Part shown: positions 42,289-53,700 of the stretch, piece by piece
Layout: each line of letters opens with the position of its first letter
Position numbering within the stretch: position 1 is the stretch's first letter
Source: Chloropicon primus
Taxonomy: Eukaryota
Assembly (NCBI GenBank): GCA_023205875.1
Contig: CP060769.1
Location: forward strand, 496,001-560,000
Length of the DNA stretch: 64,000 nt
Direction: 5' to 3'
Notes under the pieces: model-generated
What the model was told of the DNA's origin: nothing
Database searches by the model: none
Seen by the model: only the letters and a program-made list of their open reading frames with translations
Translations under genes and position numbers: made by a program

Positions 42289-42541
42289 CTTTGTGTGTCC
42301 TTGCTCCTTTTGGTTCCTGCCTCAACCTCAACCTCAACCTCAACCTCAACGAGTCAAAGGATACAGTTCAACCAAGGCAGGCCTTGAAGAAACTTGACCT
42401 TGGCTCGCCTTTGTCCTCGTCCTCGTCCTCGTCGGTCGAGACACGGAATGCCAAGAAATGGAAAAAAAAAATGGAAAGACCAGAGAGGGGGAGGAGGAAG
42501 GAGGAAGGAGGGAGCGACACCATCTTCCAACATCGTAAGGC

Positions 42542-43240
42542 CTAGAGGACCTCTTCTGGGACCAGGATAGCGTTGGGATCAACGAGTGCCTGCTCAGCCG
42601 CGGGATCGCCGTGGCAGGAGTCTTCCTTGTGTCCCTTGCCATGATCGGATTCCATGTTACGGTCGGCCGATCATCGGGATTGTAACTGCAATCACTCTCG
42701 TTGACCTTTACCTCTTCGGTTTCCTGTACCTGTTGGGGTTGCGGTTCAACGCGGGCGAACAAAGATGCACACAAACAAACAAACAAACAAACAAACTCGC
42801 GATCCCGCTGCTTAGTATGACGAGTGTTCTGACCCACTCGCTTTCTTTAACGAAGGTCACTGTTGTGAACTTGGTGATGGCTGTCGGCCGGAGCATCGAC
42901 TACTCCTTGCACATCGCCCACTCGTGCCTCGACAGCGCGGACGGCAGGGGGACGAATCCTGTAGAGTACGCCCTGAAAACGATCGGCCCGGCGGTGCTTG
43001 CTGGAGGAATCTCAACTTTCATGGGCATACTGTCTCTCGCGGGGAGCACCACCTTCATTTTCAAGATGTTTTTCAAGCTCATGGTAAGTCCGCAAGTGGA
43101 GCCGAGAGCGCGACAGCGACAGCGCAGTTCCCGAAGCCCGCTTCCTTTTCTTTTCTCTGTTTTCTTTTTCAAGGGGGGCACCGTGGCATGTTCGTGGGTC
43201 TGTTCCTCTTGCCCACCCTGCTTTCCTTGTCCTCCGTCGT
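42542..43240 (+). pseudogene. Frameshifted 3' fragment of a Patched/NPC1-family (RND/SSD) gene
   Basis: Pieces LFWDQD...VAGVFLVSL / IIGIVTAITLVDLYLFGFLYLLGLRFNA / VTVVNLVMAVGRSIDYSLHIAHS...IGPAVLAGGISTF...FFKLM / GMFVGLFLLPTLLS. Frameshifts near 42668 and 43185, intron donor at 42754 reads GG, no 5' part. Confidence 0.75.
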
Positions 43241-43600
43241 CGAAGAGAACACGAAGCAAGACGGCCCCTTCCATTGTCAAGGTCAAGGAGGAAGAGTGAG
43301 GAGGGAGAGTGACTTTAGGGCAGAGCAAGCAAGCTGTATAAGCAAAATGTAGTTACAAATGTCGCCACTCTTCAGTGTCTTTGCCTTGACAAGTCTTTCC
43401 TCATCATCATCATCCTTGCCCCGACACGAGACCGCCGCGTACGTTACAAAGCAAGCAAGCGGCCGATCCATTCATTTCTTGATCATCGAAAGCAATGGAG
43501 AGAGCAATCAATTCTTTTATTCTTTTCTACTGGTCTCCCTTCCCCCTCTTCCCCTCTTGTTCGCCCTGCATACGGATTATATGCCATTGCCAAGGAGTAC

Positions 43601-44272
43601 TTGAATGGGGGCAATACTGAAGATGGTGCCAGGCCCTCACCGCTTCGGGATGCCATCTATCGCGTTCTTCAAGAAGTGGGAGGGAGCTTGCACTACAGAG
43701 AGATCCATGCCAAGATCCAGGCCAAGAAGTTGTATGTGTTCAAGCGGAAAGATGGTTCTCTTTCTACTGATGTTGAGATCATGCGGGCCACTGTCTGTTG
43801 TGCGTGTTCACAGAGCCCCCGCTTTGTTCGCACTGAACGTGGAACATATGCCATTGCCAAGGAATACTTGAATCGATCAACCGCCGACAACCTCAATGAG
43901 CAGGATGCCAACGCCACCACCAACAACAACAACACGAAGACGATGAGTTCTCCTTCTCCCTCTCCCTATGCTTTGGATTTGAGAGAGGCTCTCGAGTCCG
44001 GCCTCATGACGGAGGAGGAGTACGCCAGCGCAGTGCAGGAGGCCCAGCGTTATGACAGCAAGTCCCCGGAGAAGAAGAGAGAGATCGCGGACTACAACGA
44101 GGCGTTGAGGATCATCTTTGCGGACGCATCTCTTAAGCTGAGCGACAAGGAACAATGCATTGTGAAGAGAGAGTACCTGGAAGAGGTCGGGCTCTGCAAT
44201 CCTCGTCGTTCGTCGAAGAGAAGACCAAGCAAGGCGGTCCCTTCCATTGTCAAGGTCAAGCAGGAAGAGTGA
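43601..44272 (+). CDS. HARE-HTH-domain protein, 5'-truncated (possible pseudogene)
   Basis: LRDAIYRVLQEVGGSLHYREIHAKIQAKKLY...FVRTERGTYAI. The ORF opens at TTG; the first ATG falls inside the domain. Confidence 0.55.
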   Translation: MNGGNTEDGARPSPLRDAIYRVLQEVGGSLHYREIHAKIQAKKLYVFKRKDGSLSTDVEIMRATVCCACSQSPRFVRTERGTYAIAKEYLNRSTADNLNEQDANATTNNNNTKTMSSPSPSPYALDLREALESGLMTEEEYASAVQEAQRYDSKSPEKKREIADYNEALRIIFADASLKLSDKEQCIVKREYLEEVGLCNPRRSSKRRPSKAVPSIVKVKQEE

Positions 44273-44490
44273 GGAGGGAGAGTTTAGGGCAGAACAAGCA
44301 AGCTGTATAAGCAAACTGTAGTTACAAATATCATCACTCTTTGGTCTCTCCGTGTACCATGTTTTGCCTGCTCTCATCCATCCTCCTCCAAGCTCATCAT
44401 CGCCGAGGCACCGAGGAAGTGCAGTTGGCGCCAAAGTTCCTGCACAACGAACTCGAGGGAGGCAGGGAGGCAGGGAGGCAGGGAGAGGGG

Positions 44491-45587
44491 ATGGATCTGA
44501 GCGTGGTGCTGGTGTTGGCGTTCCTCGTGGCGAGCGTAGTGGGCTTGTTCCTCGCCGTGAGGAGTCTGTCCAAGGCGCACGAGAGGGAGAAGCGTTTGCA
44601 TCGCGAGGAGGAGGAGAGGGAGAGGAAGGGGAAGGGGAAGAAGTGGAAGAGGACGACAGGGTCCTCGGCGTCGTCCGCTTCGAGACTGAAGGCGAAGAGC
44701 GGCGACCTGAGGAGGAGGAGGAGGCTGCATGAGGAGGACAGCAGCGAGGACGAGACGGGTTTGGTGGAGGACGGAGGAGAGTCCAGCTCGAGGAGGGAAA
44801 GGGAAAGGGAAGGCGAGAGCGATGGGAGCGAGGAGGAGGTGGACGAGGTGAGAGGGGGGAAGAAGGGCCTCGCCAAGGAAGCGAAGAGAGCCGAGAACGA
44901 GGCGAGGCGAGCTCAGAGCGATGCCAAGCGCAAGAAGCAGGACGCTTACTTGGAGAAGAAGCGGCTCAAGGAGGAGGCCCGAGAGCAGAAGGAGAGGGAG
45001 GAGGAGGAGAGAAAGAGGCAGGAGGAGGAGGAAAGGCAGAAGAAGCTGGACGAGGAAGCCAGCAAGTGGATGGTACGTCACCCGATACCCTGTGGAAGAG
45101 AAACGAAACCGAAACGAGTGTGCGTGTGTGTGTGAGAGAGAGAGACTTTTTTCTGTTCTGCGTGCCGTGCTATAACTTCTGACTTGCCGCTTGAACGTTC
45201 GTCGTACGCGCGCAGGACATGATATCAGTGGAGAACGAGGGGAGCGGGGAGGCTGACGTGATACAAGAGGACCAGGGGCTCTTGCAGCGCTTTGTGGACT
45301 ACATCAAGCAGCAGAAGACGGTGGTTCTGGAGGACCTCGCCGCGGAGTTTGGGTTGAAGGTCCAGGATGCCATCAACAGGGTGAACGGACTGGAAGCGAT
45401 GGGCCGGATCTCGGGGGTCATGGATGACAGGGGAAAGTTCATCTACATATCGCCAGAGGAAATGCAGGCGGTCGCGGATTACCTGCAGACCAAGGGAAGG
45501 GTGAGCATCGCCGATCTAGCGAAAAAGTCCAACGAGTTCATAGACTTGTCTGCCCGCCAAACGGAGGTGGCAGCGTCTGAGACGTAG
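44491..45587 (+). CDS. DDRGK1: DDRGK1/UFBP1, 2 exons; intron 45073-45215
   Basis: N-terminal TM, charged coil, FVDYIK...VVLEDLAAEFG...SGVMDDRGKFIYIS. Confidence 0.93.
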
Positions 45588-45796
45588 GAGGCTCGCCAAG
45601 GTGGGCGGCGTGCACTTCGCCCTCGTTGACCGCAGAGGACAAGGAGAGAACGGGGCTCCCTGCGTCCGTGAAGCGACGACGACGCCAGTTCAAATGACAA
45701 TAGGTTTCAAATCGATTTCAATCAAGTTTATATACGTTTTTGGACTTTGGGCCGGCGGTGCCCAAGCAGCCCCAGCCCCTCCTACTACTGCTGAGC

Positions 45797-46690
45797 TCAA
45801 CCAATCAGAAGCTTGTCCTCCTCCAAGAACTTGTACTCTGGGACCTCCATGTTCAGTGGAGCCGGGCCCTTTCTAATTCTGCCGCTGACGTCGTAATGCG
45901 ACCCGTGGCAAGGGCAGAACCAGCCACCAAAGTCCCCGGCGTCGCTCAATGGAACGCAACCAAGGTGCGTGCAGACGCCGATCAACACGAGCCACTTCTT
46001 CTCCAGGCACCTGTCGTCGTCCGCCTCCGCGTCCCTGAGCTCGCCGATGTTGACGTTGTCCGCCTCCGCAATCTCGTCCGCGGTCCTGTGCTTGATGAAC
46101 ACTGGCTTTCCTCTCCACTTCATGGTCACCGTGCTCCCCTCCTCGATCCCGCCGAGGTCCACCTCGAGGGAAGCCAAGGCCAAGACGTCCTTACTGGCCT
46201 GCATGGACAAAATAAACTTGAGGACGAGGAGCCTCAACCCCGCGGCGTAGATGAACCTCCCTCCCGTCAAGACAAGGTATGTGAACGCTCTCTTGCTCGG
46301 GTCACCGGCAAGCCTCTCGTGTCCACCGCTGTTGTCGTACGAGATGCGTTCCGTCGGGTGCTTCAACGCAAAGTTTGTGGGAGACACGCCAGACTCATTC
46401 GCGTACGAGACCATGTCGTCCGTGCTCGGCGTTCCGGTCATCGGAAGAGAACTCTTCATCCTCTGCTGACCACTGAAGCCGCTAAAGCTGAAACCAAATC
46501 CTCTTCCCCATGACGAAGAACCCAAACCCAAACCCAAACACGACGACGAGTCGCAGTCTTGCACGACGACATGGGAGTGGACCTGGTGGGCGGTCACAGT
46601 CACGTCCCTCGTCCCACCCACCGCGCACGCCCTCAGTCTCAGAAGGGACTGCAAGGTCGCTTTCCTCGTTTGCCTCAAAGCACTCAGCAT
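45797..46690 (-). CDS. RIP1: Mitochondrial bc1 Rieske iron-sulfur subunit (possible in-frame intron 46463-46582)
   Basis: Mitochondrial presequence, [35 protein letters not shown]. Confidence 0.95.
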   Translation of the reverse strand: MLSALRQTRKATLQSLLRLRACAVGGTRDVTVTAHQVHSHVVVQDCDSSSCLGLGLGSSSWGRGFGFSFSGFSGQQRMKSSLPMTGTPSTDDMVSYANESGVSPTNFALKHPTERISYDNSGGHERLAGDPSKRAFTYLVLTGGRFIYAAGLRLLVLKFILSMQASKDVLALASLEVDLGGIEEGSTVTMKWRGKPVFIKHRTADEIAEADNVNIGELRDAEADDDRCLEKKWLVLIGVCTHLGCVPLSDAGDFGGWFCPCHGSHYDVSGRIRKGPAPLNMEVPEYKFLEEDKLLIG

Positions 46691-47012
46691 CTTCCTCGTC
46701 TTCCTCGTCTCCTCGTCTCGTGGCCGCAACCCTTCACCACAACCTTTCCCTTCCCTCCGTCGAAGAGCGTGCGCCGAGTCTTTCGCCTCGCCTCCTTTCG
46801 GCTTTGATTTATTCGGTGCGAGGTCGTCACACCACAACAAAAGAAACTACACGAAGGGGAACGTCTTGGAAAGAACAACCAAACTGGAGTTCCGGCTGCT
46901 GCGAAGACGAAAAAACGAGGAAACCCTCGAGGAGGTTCCTGAGTGTAAGGCAACACGTTACACTCAAATGTAGAATCCTCGGGGGATCGCGCTCCCCAGC
47001 GATCACAATCAT

Positions 47013-47155
47013 AACGCCCGCAGGACTTGGCCAGAGCTACGGCCTGCGCTGCGTCTACGTTTGCTGTCATCATCGTGATCCCACTCCGAACGCCCGCAGG
47101 ACTTGGCCAGAGCTACGGCCTGCGCTGCGTCTACGTTTGCTGTCATCATCGTGAT
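47013..47155. repeat. Direct repeat of 67 bp (76-bp period)
   Basis: AACGCCCGCAGGACTTGG...CATCATCGTGAT at 47013 and 47089. Confidence 0.9.
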
Positions 47156-47506
47156 TAATACGATACCATCACGCAGGGGTAACACCCATCAAGTACCTTC
47201 GATTGTAATACGTGCGGCCCTCCCCCAGCGAATCGAAACGCCTTATTGGAGAGAGCCATCCGCGCTACGACGTAGAAAGGAAGAAAAGAAAAGTACCTGT
47301 GTACAAGTTTTACGTCTCCCACACACAGTGTGAGACCTTTGCGGGGAAGGTGAAGCTCACGATCCCTGACAAGCAGGATATACTAGACAGAGCAAGAGGC
47401 AGGGCCACCCAAGGCCACCAGTACTCCTTGAGGTCGAGAACTTCATCCTCAATCAGTTCAAACCAGGTGGAGCAATAGAGTAAACAGTGAATTGAGGTCT
47501 TGATCT

Positions 47507-47508
<2 letters not shown>

Positions 47509-47551
<43 letters not shown>
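47509..47551. repeat. (CT)n microsatellite
   Basis: Directly visible in the sequence. Confidence 0.9.
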
Positions 47552-47554
<3 letters not shown>

Positions 47555-47712
47555 GGGATGAAACTACTAGGAAAAAAGTACTAATACAGTTTGTTTTTAG
47601 GAAGAGAAAAAAAGCATATTTAGGTTTATGATTAGGATGAAACTCTTCTTCAACGCAACGCGCCCCGCGGCGGCGCTGTCCCTCTCTCTCTCTCCCTCTC
47701 CCCCCTCTACTT

Positions 47713-50700
47713 CTACTTCTTGCCCTTCTTGCCCTTCTTCTTGAAGCTCTTCGCGGCCTTCTTCAGCGTCAGAGTCGTGGGCAACTTGAAGGTGCTCTTC
47801 CCAGGCGTTTCGCCCTGCGGTTCAAGCATGGGGTTCAAGTCCATTCCCTGCTCGCTCGTCTTTCTCGCGGGGGGCTCGGCCACAGGAGAATCGAACTCGA
47901 TGTCAAAGTCTTTGCTGGCCTCCATGCGAAACTTCTTGCTCGAGCCGCTGCGGTCCAAGGTCAGGCTCGTGGGCAGCGCCGCGGAACTTCCAGCGTCGTC
48001 CGTCCCGGCGTCTTGAGCCTGAAGGGGGTTCGCGATCATCTCCCTCATTGCTCCATTGGCCGCCTTCTTCCACAGAGAGGCGGCGAGGGGGTTCACGCTG
48101 ACGGCGGAGGAAGACTCCTTTCTGTCCCTGGACGACAGAAGGGCCTGGTCCTCGCCACCCTCGCTTGACACCTGGCTTGCAGGCGTGCCAGGGTCCTCCT
48201 GGATGGAAGATAGCCTGTTTGGCGCACTCCTGCTTGGCGCGACGTCTTCAATCTCCTTCAAAGCGGCGGAGACGTTGGACAAAGACAGTCCTTTGCCCTG
48301 CGCCCTTTGCCTCCCGTGATGGACCGAATGCCTGTGGATGTGCTTGACCTTGGCATCCTGCAGCGGTTTGTACCGACCCGACTCCGCAATCTCACTCCTC
48401 CAGTTCAATATCCTCAAGAGCTCACTATCGATGCTGTGAAGGAAATCGACACTCTTCTTCCTGTCCACTTCGGTGGTCTTCCGCAAGTTCGGCGCATCGA
48501 GCTTGAAGGTATCCGCACGTGCCCTGTCTGCCTGATCAGTGCTTCGAAGCGCCAAGTTTTCGAGCTCTTCCCTTGAAGCGTCGTTTTCTCGGGAGCTTTC
48601 TCCTACGGGCTCTGCGAGATCACTGCTGACCCTTGCCGTGGAATGCTCGACGTCGACGCCCAACGCATCCACACCAAGATTAGCTTCCACTTCCTCCGCC
48701 AGCGGGTTCATGAAGTTGGTGCCCGTCTCTGACCTGAACCTGGTCAGGAAGGAGGAGATGTCGTTCATGAGGAATGTCTGATCCAGAAGTGTTGGTTTCC
48801 TCGCTGGCGGAACTTCCCCGTCCTCGCCTGGCTCCTGCGCTTCTGGCAAAGGCCCCAGGGAACCTATGCCCACGCCCTCGCCCTCGCCCTCCTCCGCCAA
48901 GGGGTTCATGAAGTTCCTGCCCGTCTCCGATCTGAACCTGGTCAGGAAGGAGGAGATGTCGTTCATGAGGAATGTCTCGTCCGTAACAGTCCCTCTCCTG
49001 GCATCGTCCTCGCCTGGCTCCTGCGCTTCTGGCAAAGGCCCCAGGGCACCCATGCCCACGCCCTCGCCCTCGCCCTCCTCCGCCAAGGGGTTCATGAAGT
49101 TCCTGCCCGTCTCTGACCTGAACCTGGTCAGGAAGGAGGAGATGTCATCAAGAGGACCAGCTTGGCCGTAAAGCTTCTTTTGCTCCCTTGTTCTCCTGTC
49201 TTCGCCAAGAGAATCAAAGGTCGACAGAGGGTTGACATAGGCAGCACCACTCTCAGACCGCAAACGGTTGATGTACGCCTGGATTCCTTCCATCAAAGGA
49301 GACTGATAGGTAAGAACGAGGGCTTCGTCAGAGGCAAGAATTTCTTCCAACTTTGCATGAATCTCTTGAACCAATCTCAACTCTTCCTCCGTGGCCTCTG
49401 ATATCCTGTAAGCCTCCAAAATCTTCTTGAACGTCTCAATTTGTTTGAATTGAGGGCAACTCGCAAGATCATCTATACTCGCCACCCCCTTCTTCGCAAA
49501 CACGTTCACGACATTCTTTGACACCGTAGAGTCCACAATCTCTTTGTTGAACTTTCGGATGGTTTCCAGAACCCAATCAATGTTAATGCCAACCTTAGCC
49601 AAAGGCTTTCGAAGGGCTTCCTTCTTGTCCTCCAGAGTCTGGTAGAAGTATGCAAGGACGAAAAACAAGATCACCCCAAAGTTGATGGTGGCCAGGGCTG
49701 CAGTGATCACCAGGTTCACCCCAATGCTCACGCCTTCAAAATAAAGGAAAGTTCCTTGCAAGGTGAACCACAGGGCGAAGAGTGACATCGTCTCAAAGAT
49801 GTTGCACAGATCGGTTGTGAAAGGCTTGTAGCGCAGCTGCAACAGAAGGAACATCTGGGACACGACCAACCCCAAGAACAGCTGAATGTACAGACGCTCG
49901 CTGAAGAACACAAGGACGAGAGACATGAAGAGCTTTCTCATAAGAGACATGCACTCCCACCACCAGAATTGATCCTTGTACCCTGAATACATAAAGCCAA
50001 ACATGAGCATAGTTTTCTTCTCGTGCAGTTTGTCTCTCCTTGCCTTGATTGCAGCAAACACGGAAAATGGGACACCGACGCCATATAGACCAATGGCAAC
50101 CATAGCCTGCAACCTCATCAACGTGTACTCCGTGGACAGGCAGCTGACTGAATTGTCTACACTCAGAAGGGATATCGCACTGTCGATCACGTTCCCTGAG
50201 TTCCTCCTGTCTGTTTTTCTTTGCACCATTGTCCTACAGCCGAAAACCTCCACTGCTTTACGCACCAGCGAAGGATACGCAAGGAAACCCAGAACGAGCA
50301 TAGTCGTCATGAAGCTCGTCAGAAAAGTGCTTGATTCGGAATCATCGTCATCATCCCCTTTCTTCGAGTCCTCCTTGTCAAGGAGGGTGAGCTCCTTATG
50401 CTTCTTCGGCTTGAACAAGGACCTGAAGTAGAACACGAGAAGGAGACCCGCTGATGCAAAGAAGGGTGCGAGCATATATGCTTGCCACTTTTGCATGTAC
50501 GAAGACGGAAGCTGGCAGGCAAATGCTTGCGATTCAAATGCAAACTCGGAGGTCATGCTGTTGACAGTGTTGAAGTACTTTCGCAGCAGAGGATTCCACT
50601 GAACTTGCACTTCCTTTGCTATTCCAACAATTTGCAGGTAGGACAGCATACTTTTCAGCAACTGCGTGCGGGCACGACTTCTCGCAAAGTCTCCTGCTTT

Positions 50701-53700
50701 GATCTTTTGGTGCATGGATTTGATCTCCCTGTACACAAACACCGTTACGAGCAGAGTCATGCCGACAATTGTTCCGACAATTTGCAACCAGTCAAAAATT
50801 TTCCTAGTCGAGGACTGTATGCACTTGATGCAAGTTCCCTTGCCTGCCCTACCCCAGCCTTCATCGCATTCGGTGCAAAGCGGGCCAGCGTGGCCATCCA
50901 TGCAATAACCATCTTCAATGGAGCCTCCCTCGCAGATTGCAGCTCCTGCAATTGTCAGGTCACAGCTCACAAAGGTGTCGGTCTCTGGGTCCGCACGCCA
51001 ATACCCGTCTTCAGCCTCGATGCCTTCCAAACTTGTGCCATTCGTGCATATCGCTCCTTCTGGACAAGGGTGGCACAAGTGCCTGCCAAACTCATTGAGA
51101 GGAAACTCCTCACTCGTCAAGTGTGGGATACGGACGAAATCGTCTGGACAGCGACAGTCATACGGAGAGTCTGCCCCCACTGGTGCATACTCGTACGTTT
51201 GTCCATCAGAACAAAGTGGACAGTATGTACACTCGATCTGATCGGGTTTGGTGTTGTACTTGGTGAGGTCTAACTCTCCAGATAACTCTATGCCGCAGCG
51301 CTGGCAGTCTGGCAAATCACCGAGATCTGCCGTAAGCTGATCATACCATCCTGGGGAGCACACACAGTATGCTCCCGTAAGTCGCTCGGCCTGGGACCCT
51401 TCTTCACAGATAATTTCCAGGACAGGCAACTCAAACGGATTGCCGGCTATCAGCTTCACTTCTTCTCCGTCAGAAATGGAAACATTGAACTCGTACGTTC
51501 CATTCATCCTGGGCTGAAAGTCAAGACTGAGCACAACTGCATTCGCCATTTGTGAGCGCTCCTTGTCGTACTGCGCTCGGTAAGACCATACCGAAGACAA
51601 AACCTCTCCGTTACGCACTTTGTCGTACAGCGTTAAAAGGACATCAGAGGGACTCAGCGGTACACCAGAAGACAGTATGTTTGACTCCACCGGGAGGGAC
51701 AAAAAGTTTCCGAACCGATCTTTGGGCATCACAAAGAGGCCCTCATAAGGCTCTTCAAACCTCAGGGAAGGCAATGGTCTGCCGTCGCCATATGCAACTG
51801 TGTGAGGAGGTGGAAGATTAGAATAGAGCTCTGAGTTTGCTGGGCTGATCAGATTTGATGCCTCCATGGTCACATAGTAATCAATGTTCTCGATTCTCTT
51901 CTCCTCAGTGCTCCCATCTACGAGAGTCTTGACAACGGAAATGGTCAACTTGTATGTTCCGTTCACCTTTGGCCCAAACCAAGCCGGTGAACCAAGCTCA
52001 GAAGATAGGATCAAAACAAACTCATTTGGACAAGGAGTGTCCACGCCAAAGTAAGGGTCACTGCAGGCTACAGCATTGCTTGGATATGCCAGCTTGCTTG
52101 CAACTTCTTGCGTCCAAGGAGAACTAGAAGCTTGCATGAGTTGCCTGCGTCCACCTCCCTCTTCCCCGGTGGTTGAAGTGGCGTCACCCTCTTCCCCGGT
52201 GGTTGAAGTGGCGTCACCCTCTTCCCCGGTGGTTGAAGTGGCGTCACCCTCTTCCCCGGTGGTTGAAGTGGAGTCACCCTCTTCCCCGGTGGTTGAAGTG
52301 GAGTCACCTTCTTCCCCGGTGGTTGAAGTGGAGTCACCCTCTTCCCCGGTGGTTGAAGTGGAGTCACCTTCTTCCCCGGTAGAACTAGAATTTTCTGTGA
52401 CGTTTGCCCAAAGTCTAGCAATAAAAGTGTAGTTTTGCGAGCTTTGCAGAGGGTTGCCATATTCATCATAAGAGTGGAGCATGAACTTTATCGGGTCCCC
52501 AACGAGCATGGTCTTCGTTGCCGTTTGGTTGCCGCACTCCCATTTGGATGTGCCGAACTCGTCTATGCACGAAGTCGCTTCACTTACTTCAGATGGAGCA
52601 ATGATTGTCTCTTGGGGTACATGTTTGTTGAGTCTCTTCGCTTGACCATCACCACCTCGAGACAAGATCGTCTGGATGTTTTCAAGACTCTGCGAAGCAA
52701 AAGCGCCAGCTTCTGACAACCAAAGCTCGTAATGGCCAGCTCTCTCCAGCAGGAAGCATGTCTCATACGTGACACCAAGAACGTCGTCGTCACCATTACT
52801 TTGGGTGTATGTGGCCCGGTAGGCCTTGATCGTAGAATTTTTGTAGCTCACTGCCTTGAAGAGCATGTAAAACTGCAGGTCAGAGCTATTCCCATTTTCA
52901 GTCATCACAACGTTCTCAAAACGATCTTGAGCTTGCACATTGAAGCAGAATTCATCTCCCGCAATTGCTTGCATGGGGTTCACATCAAGGACAAGAAAAG
53001 ATTGCAAGTCAATCTCACTTGCCACGACCTCGAAAAAGTAGCTTTGGATGTTCTGAACTGAATACTTCAAGAACGACACGAGTGGGTCATACTCAACATC
53101 ATCACTGCGGTAGAAATTTGAAATATTCGCAGAACTTCCAAGGACAGTTGGCACACCAAGGGACATGGGAGTGCTCTTCACAAAGTCTCTGGCGTATTCA
53201 CCTGCAAAGAGCTGATAGGTACCTGCCTTCAGGGCAGGAATTTTGATGGAATGGGTTCCATCGCCGTTATCCTCAGAGTAACTCCACTGGGTGATCTGTT
53301 CCGTTTGCATGAATTCCTCTTCATCGAAGATACCATCGATGGGAAGCTTCCTGCCACCAGCAACGTTGGTTATCATGGTGATGTCTTCTGGAGTAAGCAG
53401 CAAGTACTTGTCCAGTGGAAAGTGGCGCATGCCTTCAATATGCCATGACATAGGGTCCTCAATCCATGACAGAAGTGCCCTTGCATCCCAGCACCTTGTC
53501 TTCAAGGGATCGATTCTGTCGAACACGATATAATTCAATTCGCCTGATGTATCAAGACCACCCAAACCACCACCAAGACCACCCACACCTTCAAAGCCTC
53601 CGAGACCTTGGTCTCCCTGATAGAATTCTAACGAAGTCCTCGTGAAGAACTCCAACCTCTCAGGCATACCCATCCCACCCATGCCATAAGGATTTCCTGA

